From: Amphiscolops sp. MND2022
Taxonomy: Eukaryota
Reading direction: 5' to 3'
Length of the DNA: 64,000 nt
Assembly (NCBI GenBank): GCA_964187785.1
Contig: OZ076416.1
Location: 24,118,001-24,182,000, forward strand
The notes under the pieces were generated by a model, which worked only from the letters and a program-made list of their open reading frames with translations, made no database searches and had not been told where the DNA came from. Both the position numbers and the translations under genes were made by a program. Below are positions 49,701 to 61,625 of this stretch, in pieces; position 1 is the stretch's first letter, and each line of letters starts with the position of its first letter.

Positions 49701-52700
49701 TATAGCAACAATTCTAAGTCATATCTGATCGGATTTTTCGAGGGCGCAGATTTATTACGAAAAGTAGCCGAAATGTAAATTTCAACGAGACTAGTTTTCC
49801 AGGAAAAACACTTTTCGCAAACAATGAAAGTAGCAGTGAATTTTTCTTCGAATTCAACGAAAGGGGGAGTGAAGTAGAGTTGCAAAACACGGAATCAGTC
49901 GCCGATACACACAACTTGATAAAAGATGTGAGTGAGTTGCCAAACGGTGATTTAGGCGGTGATCCAGAAACTTTGGTTAACGAAATTTCCGACGAGAGTC
50001 TAACACAAAATCAACCGCATAGTTCGACTGTGCATACTACGACTAGATACGGACGAAAAGTCAAGCCGCCCAACAGATACGCCCCAGGTACAAGCAGCAA
50101 CTTGTCTTACAAATTAGGTTCGTCTGAGTTCGATGAAATTGAAACGTTTGCATACCATAGCGATTATGTTGATCAAGAGTTACTGAAAAGCATTGAAGAA
50201 GCACTTTCTTCTCCAGAGTGGTATCGTGCGATGAAAGCGGAATACGACTCTTTACAGAAAAATGAAGTTTGGGACATTGTTGAAATGCCAGAAGGAAAAA
50301 ACCTCGTTACAGGTAAATGGCATTTTGCACTTAAGCGAAACAGTAAAGGAGAAATTATTAGGCACAAAGCAAGATACGTGGCTAGAGGATTTAAACAAAA
50401 ACGAGGTGTTGACTACGATCAAACATATAGTCCGACTGTCAAAATGGTAACACTTCGAGTTTTACTGAGTTCGGCAGTTCAAAACGAAATGAAGTTGAAA
50501 CAGTTAGACATAAAAACCGCTTACTTGAACGCAGGTATAGAAGAAGAAATTTTTGTTGATCAACCACCAGGATTCGTTACGAAAAATGCCAACGGCAAAA
50601 GCTATGTTTGTAGATTGAAAAAATCGTTTATGGATTGAAGCAGTCCGGTCGCAACTGGTTCAATACACTTAGAGATTTTTTGCTCAGCATTCAGTTCAAG
50701 CCGAGCAAAAGTGATCTTTGTTTGTTTTTGAGGGAACGAAAGGGTCATAAGGATTTTGTAGCAAGTTGGGTAGACGATTTAGTCTACTGTAGCGACGATT
50801 TTAATTCTTACGAAAAATTTGAGAAAGCACTGAGCACAAAGTTCTTGTTCAGTGAAGTTGATGACTTGAACTGATTCTTGGGAATGCAAATCAGACATGA
50901 AAAAAGTAGACTAGAAATTTCCCAAGAAAACTACATCGAAAAAGTACTTGAAAACTTTGGAATGAAAGATGCCAAAGGACTTTTTACGCCTGTTGCTGAA
51001 AAGCAAATTTGATAGTGCAATTAGTCGACTGCGAAGAGTCGGAATTTTACGGGAAACCAATCAATCTTTTTTCTGACTTACGCAAAAATGAAGAACGTGG
51101 ATCGCAAACCAAATCACAAACAGACAGGATTCAACGCCTAATATCCGCAATAAGTTTTATACAAATTTCAAACAAACACGAATGTAAACTAGATTAACAA
51201 TCAAATTCTCCTCTTGATATCAATAGTTTCATGAAATACGTGCGGAAAATGGTTCGTTCCAAACAATGTTTGATGTCAACTTGGGTTTCATTTCTTCGAT
51301 CACATCTATGCCCAGGTTAGCCCTCTCTGTACTATCACGCCTATTGCATCAATCATGGACCTCATTCTACGTTCGTACTGGACAATCGTACTACTGAATG
51401 CATGCTTTCTAAGATTTCGTTGACAGTAAATTGAAAGCGTGGCCACTATGTTGCTTATTCAGGTTATATTGAAAAAAAGTTTTATAGCACCTCCACTTTT
51501 TGCAAAAGCGTTTTTTGTGGCTTCGGATACAACATTATTATTTGATTATAAATCATGTAAGTAACTTGAAACTGCCCAAAATTCTAGGAAAGGAAAGGAA
51601 AATTTATTTGGCTGCATACACGAAAAAATACAGTTTCATCCCATGTTATTGAAGAAATTCTAAATTTACATCCAGCCAGGAGAGAGGATAAGCTTAAGCA
51701 GCTCTTCTAGCCTCTCCCTTTGAAATGAATAACATAAAGAGGAATTTTGCAAAAAAAATTGTTGTGTCAAGTTTCTGGTTTTCAAGGGTTTATCTTCCGG
51801 ATTGCAAAACAGACTGTTTTTTTTCGATATTCAGAAAAAAGTTTTATATAGGCGCCCAACAGATACGCCCCAGGTACAAGCAGCAACTTGTCTTACAAAT
51901 TAGGTTCGTCTGAGTTCGATGAAATTGAAACGTTTGCATACCATAGCGATTATGTTGATCAAGAGTTACTGAAAAGCATTGAAGAAGCACTTTCTTCTCC
52001 AGAGTGGTATCGTGCGATGAAAGCGGAATACGACTCTTTACAGAAAAATGAAGTTTGGGACATTGTTGAAATGCCAGAAGGAAAAAACCTCGTTACAGGT
52101 AAATGGCATTTTGCACTTAAGCGAAACAGTAAAGGAGAAATTATTAGGCACAAAGCAAGATACGTGGCTAGAGGATTTAAACAAAAACGAGGTGTTGACT
52201 ACGATCAAACATATAGTCCGACTGTCAAAATGGTAACACTTCGAGTTTTACTGAGTTCGGCAGTTCAAAACGAAATGAAGTTGAAACAGTTAGACATAAA
52301 AACCGCTTACTTGAACGCAGGTATAGAAGAAGAAATTTTTGTTGATCAACCACCAGGATTCGTTACGAAAAATGCCAACGGCAAAAGCTATGTTTGTAGA
52401 TTGAAAAAATCGTTTATGGATTGAAGCAGTCCGGTCGCAACTGGTTCAATACACTTAGAGATTTTTTGCTCAGCATTCAGTTCAAGCCGAGCAAAAGTGA
52501 TCTTTGTTTGTTTTTGAGGGAACGAAAGGGTCATAAGGATTTTGTAGCAAGTTGGGTAGACGATTTAGTCTACTGTAGCGACGATTTTAATTCTTACGAA
52601 AAATTTGAGAAAGCACTGAGCACAAAGTTCTTGTTCAGTGAAGTTGATGACTTGAACTGATTCTTGGGAATGCAAATCAGACATGAAAAAAGTAGACTAG

Positions 52701-53776
52701 AAATTTCCCAAGAAAACTACATCGAAAAAGTACTTGAAAACTTTGGAATGAAAGATGCCAAAGGACTTTTTACGCCTGTTGCTGAAAAGCAACAAATCAG
52801 TAGGTCGGACTGTCCTGACGAAGGCAGCCAAGAACAAGAGGAGATGAAAAATTGTAATTTTCGTGGAATGATTGGTTGTCTGAATTACTTAGCGAACACA
52901 ACAAGACCTGATATAACTTTCGCCGTCAGAGCTTTAAGTCGATACGTTCAAAATCCAGGCCGTAAACATTGGTTACAAGGAAAACACATTTTGAGGTATT
53001 TAAAGGCAACAAAGTGTAGGAAACTGACGTATAGAAAATCCAAAACACTCGCGCTCACAGTTTTCAGTGATGGCGACTGGGCAGGAAAGTTAGATGATAG
53101 GAGGTCCACCAGTGGTTTTTGCTTCTTTTTGAACTCAGAATCAGGAGCTATTAGTTGGAGTTCTAAGTTACAGACAACGGTGGCGACCTCGACAGCTGAG
53201 GCAGAAACAATGTCGTTATTCGCAGCATCTCAAGAACTTGAGTTTCTGCGGGGCCTAGCGAATGAGATCGGAATTGACACTGAAAAGCCTACTAAGGTAC
53301 ATGTAGACAATCAGGCTTGTATCGCCATAACTAAAAGTACAGTGAATGCTCAGAAAGTGAAGCATTTTGCAATTAAGTTGAGCTTCATTCAAGAAAAAAT
53401 AGAAATGCGACATTTGGATGTTGAGTTTTGTCCAACCAGTGAAATGATTGCCGACTTGCTAACTAAACCGTTGGCAAAAGTTAAGGTTGAAATGTTCAGC
53501 AAAAGACTCTCCGGAGAATGTAACTTGTAATCGAGCTCCGAAAAGGGGGAGTTTTAAAATATAAGAAGTCATAGCATGTTTCGAAGCTAGAAACAAGATT
53601 TTTGTTATGTATGAACAACTTCTCCAGTTAAAACAAGTCACGCTTTTTGTATTTCAGCGGGAGATAATCATTAACTTCTGATGTTTGTTTTGTAAATCAC
53701 TTTTCTGTTAACTTCTCTGAATACAGTTGAATTGAAACTAACAACTCTTCGTCTCACTCAGCCTCAAAAGTCAAGA
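46713..53776 (+). mobile_element. Ty1/copia LTR retrotransposon, complete but with disrupted gag-pol
   Basis: 225-bp LTRs (46713-46937, 53552-53776) with no difference seen by eye; 5-bp TSD GAAAA (46708-12, 53777-81); PPT AAAAGGGGGAG (53541-51); PBS-like GGTTATGCGGCC. Domains: gag with two CCHC knuckles, protease LIDSGCTSHM, LWHERLAH, integrase (HVDI...DSFSR...TDNAKEF...PEQNGKIER), RT (KARYVARGF, QLDIKTAYLNA, SWVDDL), RNase H (FSDGDWAG...IADLLTK). Order is PR-INT-RT-RH. Confidence 0.97.
51005..51854 (+). repeat. 850-bp copy of downstream flank 54632-55481 inserted inside the copia element
   Basis: Same sequence at offset 3627 (ORFs 51009/54636, 51725/55352). It sits between two copies of copia segment 50067-51006 / 51853-52792. 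Confidence 0.95.
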
Positions 53777-54273
53777 GAAAATTGTTTTGAAATCGAAAAA
53801 TTGTAAGTGGGTCAAAAATTTAAAAGAAAAACTGAAAAATGTTTTGGAAATCGCTCTCGACCAACGAAATGAGCGCGTGAGACGTTATGTAGCCAATGAA
53901 ATTTGTTTATTTGCTCTCTTTCCGCGTGCTTTGTTGCTTTTGATAATATCACTACTGTAGTTTGTGTTTATCTATTATTTTAAGTTTTACCACAAGTATA
54001 AACAAGTTTGTAAACAATGATTACTACATATAAAGTATTGGAAACTCGGTTGCTGTCTATATTAGGAGAACTTAGTCATCATTTACTTAGTGATTTTGTT
54101 CAAGATGCCCATCATTGACAAATTAAACTCGAAAGTTTTCAGCTTTCTGGTGTGTACATGCAAGGAGATATTCGCAAATCCGTGGTCATAAATTTAAAGC
54201 GAATCCTTCAAATGTACCGGCAATATTTCAGGAGAAACTGTTAATTCTCTTAGAAAATGTTGAGACCGGTTGG

Positions 54274-54607
54274 GCGACCATTCGTCCCGAGCGACTATTC
54301 GTCCTAACTTCAAAAAATTGACAATTCCTCCCAATCTTTTTGAAAGCGACAATTCGTTCCATTTGAAAAAAGGGTCAATTCGTCCCAGATTCTTCAATTG
54401 ATTAGCTAAATAACAGTCGTTTGAAGTCTGAATTAAAGAATTGAACAAATGAACTACTATTGGCAATTAAATTGCAGTTTTAAATATTTGGGCGAACTGT
54501 CGCCTTTTCAAAATGAGACGACTTGACGCTTGGGACGAATTGTTGCTTTTGGAATTTGGGATGAATTGTCGTTTGTGATGAATCGCCGCTTGGGACGAAT
54601 TGTCGCT
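54274..54607. mobile_element. Small MITE-like inverted-repeat element
   Basis: GCGACCATTCGTCCC-type motifs cluster on the left and the inverse GGGACGAATTGTCGC-type motifs on the right, several copies each. No clear TSD was identified. Confidence 0.55.
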
Positions 54608-55499
54608 TTACAGTAACGACTGAAAGCTTCAAAATTTGATAGTGCAATTAGTCGACTGCGAAGAGTCGGAATTTTACGGGAAACCAATCAATCTTTTTTC
54701 TGACTTACGCAAAAATGAAGAACGTGGATCGCAAACCAAATCACAAACAGACAGGATTCAACGCCTAATATCCGCAATAAGTTTTATACAAATTTCAAAC
54801 AAACACGAATGTAAACTAGATTAACAATCAAATTCTCCTCTTGATATCAATAGTTTCATGAAATACGTGCGGAAAATGGTTCGTTCCAAACAATGTTTGA
54901 TGTCAACTTGGGTTTCATTTCTTCGATCACATCTATGCCCAGGTTAGCCCTCTCTGTACTATCACGCCTATTGCATCAATCATGGACCTCATTCTACGTT
55001 CGTACTGGACAATCGTACTACTGAATGCATGCTTTCTAAGATTTCGTTGACAGTAAATTGAAAGCGTGGCCACTATGTTGCTTATTCAGGTTATATTGAA
55101 AAAAAGTTTTATAGCACCTCCACTTTTTGCAAAAGCGTTTTTTGTGGCTTCGGATACAACATTATTATTTGATTATAAATCATGTAAGTAACTTGAAACT
55201 GCCCAAAATTCTAGGAAAGGAAAGGAAAATTTATTTGGCTGCATACACGAAAAAATACAGTTTCATCCCATGTTATTGAAGAAATTCTAAATTTACATCC
55301 AGCCAGGAGAGAGGATAAGCTTAAGCAGCTCTTCTAGCCTCTCCCTTTGAAATGAATAACATAAAGAGGAATTTTGCAAAAAAAATTGTTGTGTCAAGTT
55401 TCTGGTTTTCAAGGGTTTATCTTCCGGATTGCAAAACAGACTGTTTTTTTTCGATATTCAGAAAAAAGTTTTATATAGGCGACTTCCTTTTACATACAG

Positions 55500-58400
55500 A
55501 TATTATATTTTCTTCAGATGTAACTGTGTTTGAGCTGTGCTCATTTTTGGTAAGTAAACTGGTATTAAATCATGGTTTTTCAACCAATTATATGCCTTTC
55601 TCAATTTATTATCCACTGATTTGGCTCGGGTAACTGTTCGACAATAATTCAAGGGATAGTAAGCTTTATTTCTTTCCTTCTCGTATTATATTGGCAAAGG
55701 TCGATCCCATCTTGAAAACAAAGTAGCGATTCTAATTTTAGCTGTTTGAATACTTCTCTGCGAACTTCCATAACGTATAGCTCAAATAACGTTAGTATAT
55801 TATTCTTCTCGCAAAGTTGTTCGATACTCTCATACTTATTTTTGCAGAATATCGCTCTCAAAATTCTCCTCGGTGCTCTTTCATTTTTTCAAATTCGTTT
55901 TGGCATCACTGCCATAGACAAGCAAACCATGTGTGATGATTGATTTAGCAAACGAGCTATAGAAGTTAAGAAGACATTTAACATATCTCTGACTTTGTAT
56001 ATCATACCACTGATTTTATTCAACTTTTTTGTAACATGTTCAATGTGATCAGGGAATGTGAGTTTACTGTCTAAGTAAACTCCCAAGAATTAACAGAATA
56101 CTTGCTTGGAAGCTTCTGTCCCACTAAAGTTAATTGGGTCCTATTACGGAAGGCAAAGTTCATAACCTCACATTTGGAAGTATCAAGCGACAATTTATTA
56201 TCCGAGAACCAATTGCTAATCTTGTCTAAATCGGGCTCTAGCAATGATTCCGTTTGTTTCCCTGATTTAAGGATTGAGGTTTCGTCAGCAAAAATAGCGA
56301 GCTTTTTGTTGTTTTGAGCGTACCTTGCTAAATTGTTGTTGTAAACAAGGAAAAGGAACGGGCCGAGAATAGATTCTAGAGGAACGCCGGTTGAAATCAA
56401 GTGATATTCTGTCTTCTCTTGATTGAATTCCATAAATTGCCATCTATTACTCAAGTAATCTTTATTCAATTCGTAAACTGGACCCCCACAATCCGTACGA
56501 GCGCAGTTTGTTCATCAGTACCGTATGAGTATGATCCAACGAATCGAATGCTTTCTTCAAGTCCAAAAAACAAGCTTTAACGGAGTTTTTTGTCCATTTC
56601 TACTCTCATGCAGTCTGTCACACTATAAATGGCATGCACATATGAGCGTTTAGCTCGGAATCCACAGTGCATCGGAGAGAATAGTTTACTGGTAATGAAA
56701 AAACTCACATTTTTAGAAAAGACAAGTTGTTCAAATATTTTACTTATTGGGCACAGTAAACTAAAAGTCGATAATTTTCTGAACAATCTTGCTCGCTTCT
56801 CTTGACTATTGGTACAACTTTTGCTACTTTAAGAAATTTTTGGAAAATTTTGCGTTTCTTTATACCTATTTAATGCCTTCTCGGTGTTTTTCTCAACTAT
56901 GGGGGATCAGCATTTTAACATTTCGTTGCTAATATCATCATGATCATAACTTTTTTGTTTTTTAAAGTTTGAATGGTCTTCGAGACTTCTATTTCATCAG
57001 TACATGATAAAACCATTGTTTTGAAATTGTTTGGAACTTTTATGGCTTCGTGGTGTAACGGGATTTTGTTGACAAGACAACCAATGGTTGCAAAATATTC
57101 ATTCAGTTTTTCAATATCTGGAACTTCAGGTTGCTTTTGGTTTTTTAATAGATGATTTTTCAAGTGTTTGTAAATAGTTCTGCTCGCTGGATTGGGTCCT
57201 AGTGTTTTGAGATTGCAGTCTCTCTTGGCATTTCGTATCAAATACGTAACCACATTACGTTGTTTTTTGTACTTTTTGTTATTGTTCTCACCAGGCGACT
57301 TTGTCGAAATTTGAAACAGTTGATTTCGTTTAGGCTTTCGTTGTTGTATTGGTTATCCAATCAGTAGGATTTTCTTCTGTTTTGATTTCTTTCACAGGTG
57401 CGAAACGCTCAATGCATTCTAGTTTACATCTTGAACTTTGTTCGGTATAATTCAAGTTATTTCCATCTAGCTTCATTAACCATTGTTCCAGGATGAACAG
57501 AAATTTTAGAGAATTGACACCTTTATTGTTTTTAGGTTCCTTGTTAAAATTTTGCTGTGACGTTTTGCTGTTACTTCTAGTTTGACATCGGGAATTTCGC
57601 CTAGAACTGTTTACTAATCACTCATTGTGGTTTATTCACTTTGTTGAACAGTCTGGTAAATAGTAATATACTGATTTAGACATGTTGATTATGTTGGTGT
57701 AACTCGTGTTGGCTCGCTGTTTTGCCTGCTGAAGGTGTAGGCTAAAAGTAAGTTTTCGTATTTGGTTCTATCTGCTGATTCATTTAAAGTATCGATGTTA
57801 AAGTCTCCGAAGATAATAGTGTCATGTTTGAAACTTCTAGAAAACTTAAGTAGCAGTTCGAATTCCGGAAGAAACATAGTGAGTTCTTTTGCTTGTGGTC
57901 TGTACACGAAGCAAAGTTTTCTAAAAGTTGAATTCCCGAAATCTAGGTCAATACTTGCACACTCGATGTCTGTGTCGTACTCAATTGACGAGTATTTCAA
58001 TGTTTAAGTGTTCTAGTTTTTCGCCGGTAGTTTTCAAGTGTTCAGTGTCCGATTTTGTTAGCCAGGTTTCCGTCAGTGCAATAATTTTTGGTTTATGAAA
58101 ATTTGATTCAAGCTCAACCACTAGCTCACCATGATGACATCGGAGTGTTTTGACAAAAACTTTTATGATTTAATTGGTTTTGCAATTTTGAAGCGAAAGA
58201 ATTTTATAGTTTGATACCGAGTTGTTTTGGAGTCAATAGTGGTTTTCAAGTTATTTGGTTTCGAAATTGCGTGCTTTGAAAATTGGCGTATTTGTATATG
58301 TTATCCTATTTTAGGACAATTGACCGCAAAACATTCTAATTGTTGTCCTCCGTTGATTATTCTGCAAATTTGTCACCTTGACGAGGAGCTTTCTGTTGCA

Positions 58401-59330
58401 TACACTCTTCCGCAGCTGAAGTACGTAGTCTCTTCAAGTCATTGTTGTTGTTACAATGTTTTTGGAGAGGAGTTATCGCAGATTTAGCGGGGGTTTTTTA
58501 TATTGCTTTTTCTCTAATGTCGTCAACAGCTCAGTTTTTGTGAAAACTTTCACCTTGCAAATGTAGGATGAAGCAATGAGACATTCTTGTTTTGCGTGTT
58601 CAAAAATATCTTTTTTGCAGCAAGGCAGTCGTTTTTTCATGAATATTGGTTTAGTGTTAACCTGTTGATTTTCCTGCAAGCCATGATTTTCTGCCATACA
58701 GCTCGTTTTTTTTCATCAAAGTACAAAAATTTGACGATGATGGCTGGAGGATACCTTTCATCACGTCTTCTACTGGGATCGTGACAGGCTTTAATATTGT
58801 AAGCATTCGTCGTAAAACCCAAATATCTTTCAAAAATGAGGCATACCAGCTCCCGTAGATGAAGTTTCATGTCCAAATGTGGCATGGTTTCAATAATAAT
58901 GCAGTCCTTGGACGTGTAAGTCTCCTGCTCGCTAACCCGTTGTTCCAGATCAAAAACTCTGTTGCGTATAGACATGATTTCAATTTCTTTTCTGCAATAA
59001 TTTTGGTAAATTGGTTCAGAACTGATGCACATTTTTTAAATTTTAAGTGCTTCAATAGCGGCTTTCAAACTGTCCATTTTCAATTCCAGCAAAGGATTAC
59101 GTAATACAACCAGCGCAAAGTTTGTCAGCATGCACACGACTGCATTCAACCGTTTCTCTTTGAACGCGTGAGTTCTGTGAATTCATATGACGTATTTCTT
59201 TAAATTTGCACATTTGGGAATAAGGCACGGTCACTTGCAATGATTCAGCATAGTGGACCACCTCTTCAAGTTCCTAAGTGTTGACATGTGAGTTCGTCTT
59301 CATCATGCAAATACCAATTTTTCTATTTGG
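55500..59330 (-). mobile_element. Decayed non-LTR retrotransposon (LINE, AP-endonuclease type; CR1/L2-like by motif style)
   Basis: Minus-strand RT remnants CFLDLKKAFDSLDH (~56531-56575), GVPLESILGPFLFLVY...IFADET and LGVYLDSKLTF; endonuclease remnants IIALTETWL (~58058-58088) and IIFGDFNID; ORF1-like piece 58637-59032. Multiple frameshifts; both ends approximate. Confidence 0.88.
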
Positions 59331-60775
59331 CCTAAATTAGGTTATTGTTTTTAATTCCTGACGTTTGCGTTGTGGACACTGTATTCGAATCGGTCATACG
59401 AGTGAAAATACGATTTTGCTACTACATCGTAGTACGAACCATGGCACGATCTCAGCTAAAATTTTGGGGTGCGCGTGCCGCGATTGTACAAAAACTTGGG
59501 TGGAGGGTTCAAGGCTTTACACAATCGACAAGTGTTGCAAAATATCATGTAGACATAATAACAAACGTGTTTCGTTTCAGTTACACCGTCAACGTTGTTT
59601 TAAAATGAAAATACTCAAATTGGATTCTTCAACGAAATGGAAATTTCATTTACATTGCATTTGTTGATCACGGTGGTGCCTAGAATCAATTTTCATAAAA
59701 TTAATAGATTTATATACTTTTTTCCGTTTATTCAGACATTCCTGATTTTCAACTTGAACAAAACGCCGTTCAACTTAAACCATCGACTTCTTAACCTCGA
59801 CAGTACACCGAGAAGTTGGAAAAGTGACAAAAAATAGCAAAAAATTTTTCAAAGCCTAATTTCTCCACGAATAATAGTAACAGCTCAAATCGGTTTTCTG
59901 CTCCTGAAAGCCTTCTACCTAAGCTTTCAAATGGACACTAGTTAGGCTGGGAGTTGGCGCCACTTTTGGGGTGAGAGCGCCAGTCCGGTGAGAGCACGGG
60001 CCTTTCAAATGACACTCGCACTTTTCGCTGAAGCTTCATTAAAAAAAATTCTATATGCGGTTTCAATGGTGGCAAACTGTTACTAGAGAGTGACAGTAAC
60101 TTAGCAAACAGTGGCTGTGTTATTGAGAAAAAGTTATCTTTCTGAAAAGTATTTTTTTGCGAATTTTCACTTTTTTCTAGTTACCTTTTTGCCGGTGGTT
60201 CGGAAAACAAACTATATTGACACAAGTAACAACTCGCCCCAGGTAGTCCAATAGATTGTTGATTAGAAAAACAAAACTTCGTGTTCCTATAAGCTTTTTG
60301 CGTATCGTAATATTTTATTGATTGTGAAAAAATCGCTGTCCTCATTTGGGTACAAAAGCACTGTCGAGGTTAAGTCAAAACGCTGTCCAATTTGAACAAA
60401 AAAAGTTTTCACGCCCAGCTGAATGAATGGAGTGAACAAATGCCATTCAATTTAAACAATCACATTTCATTTTGAAGACGCCTTTAAAAGATAGATCTGT
60501 GCAACGGTAAATCTGCTGTAAAAGTAGTTATTAAACAACAAACACACAATGAATAGCAGCGTTTTTCTTCTCAATGTTCAATAGAAGTCAGAAAACCCAA
60601 GATTGTAAACATTTCCTAGTACTTTGCCGGTTTGATTCTTTCATCTTAACATGTACCAAGTAAGTCGTGCAATAGAACTATAAGACTCGTTGTTCTAAGA
60701 TAGTTATGGACTGAGTCGCCCGCTATGCACCGGGATATTTTCTGCTTCAATTGGCTAACAATAGACGCTTAATAT

Positions 60776-60905
60776 CGAAAATTTACCTCCTCCCTAATAA
60801 AACGCAAATTACTTCGGATATAACGTTGAAAGTTCGGATATAGCGTGCTGAGACAAATGGGAGCGCTTGTTTTTGAACATCCGCCTCCTCCTTAGTAAAA
60901 CGCAA
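60776..60905 (+). repeat. ~92-bp repeat unit family, partial array (related copies at 63495-63700)
   Basis: Shared core TTCGGATATAGCGTGCTGAGACAAATGG and flanking ACTTCG-ATATAACGT motifs. Confidence 0.75.
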
Positions 60906-61625
60906 TATTAAATATAAAGAGTAGTAAAAAATAGAGATTTAGCAAAATTTGAATAAAAAACGCGACACAGATTATGATTTTTTCCTCTATACACAAATAA
61001 ATTTGTGGGGCGGAAAATAATAATTTGACTTTACAATTGAGACAATCCCCTTTCAGACGTTTTCCATTGAAAGAAGACTAGTCATAAAGAGGTGGTTCGA
61101 TCACCGAAACTTTTCTGATGACCACGTGGCCTGGAAAACTGTAACAAGGAATCTAGAACGTGAAAACTTTCAGTCAATATGCTTGAGAGAAGGGTTTGCC
61201 GAGCACCAAAGGCTCCCTTGGGATAATTTTTGGCACGCTTATATTCATGAGAGTTTCCTTAAAAAGCCCTGGGCATATTTTAGAATTTTTGCTCGTTTTG
61301 AGCCTTAAATGGGGCGCCAACTTCAGACATTGCCGACTTGTTACACCAAAAGTTTCAATTTTTCCAAGTCTACAAGTTTTGTATGACTTAACAGAAAAAC
61401 AAAAATTTAGGAAAAAATTAATGTTTTGCTCCTCGCGCTCGAAATTTATGACCTCTAGCGTTTGATTTTATATATCAAAAAATTGGGGGCTGAAGAAGTT
61501 CCCAAATAGGACATTTTCTCCTGAAAGTTATCTTGATCTCTGATAGTCAATCATGTATAAAACTCGCGTCCTAAAGTATAATTTAAAAGGTGCTGTGAGT
61601 TTCACTCACCGTCTCCTGTTGACAG

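Larger units (their letters stand above)
46090..61625 (+). other. 15,536-bp phase-1 GT-AG intron of UGT-2, filled with transposable elements
   Basis: Donor G|GTAGGG; branch-point-like CTCAC at ~61605; acceptor TTGACAG|GT. Joining gives a 1485-nt CDS (494 aa) that aligns to UGT-1 without a gap across the junction. Confidence 0.85.

Noticed and set aside
61085-61110. tRNA or SINE from a GGTGGTTCGATCACC T-loop-like hairpin
   Set aside because: No A-box, D-arm, anticodon arm or acceptor stem could be built around it.
61553-61625. N-terminus MYKTRVLKYNLKG... of the 430-aa ORF as a standalone UGT start
   Set aside because: It has no signal peptide or GGH motif and no homology to UGT-1. Homology begins exactly at the AG acceptor, and the missing N-terminus is at 45825-46089.
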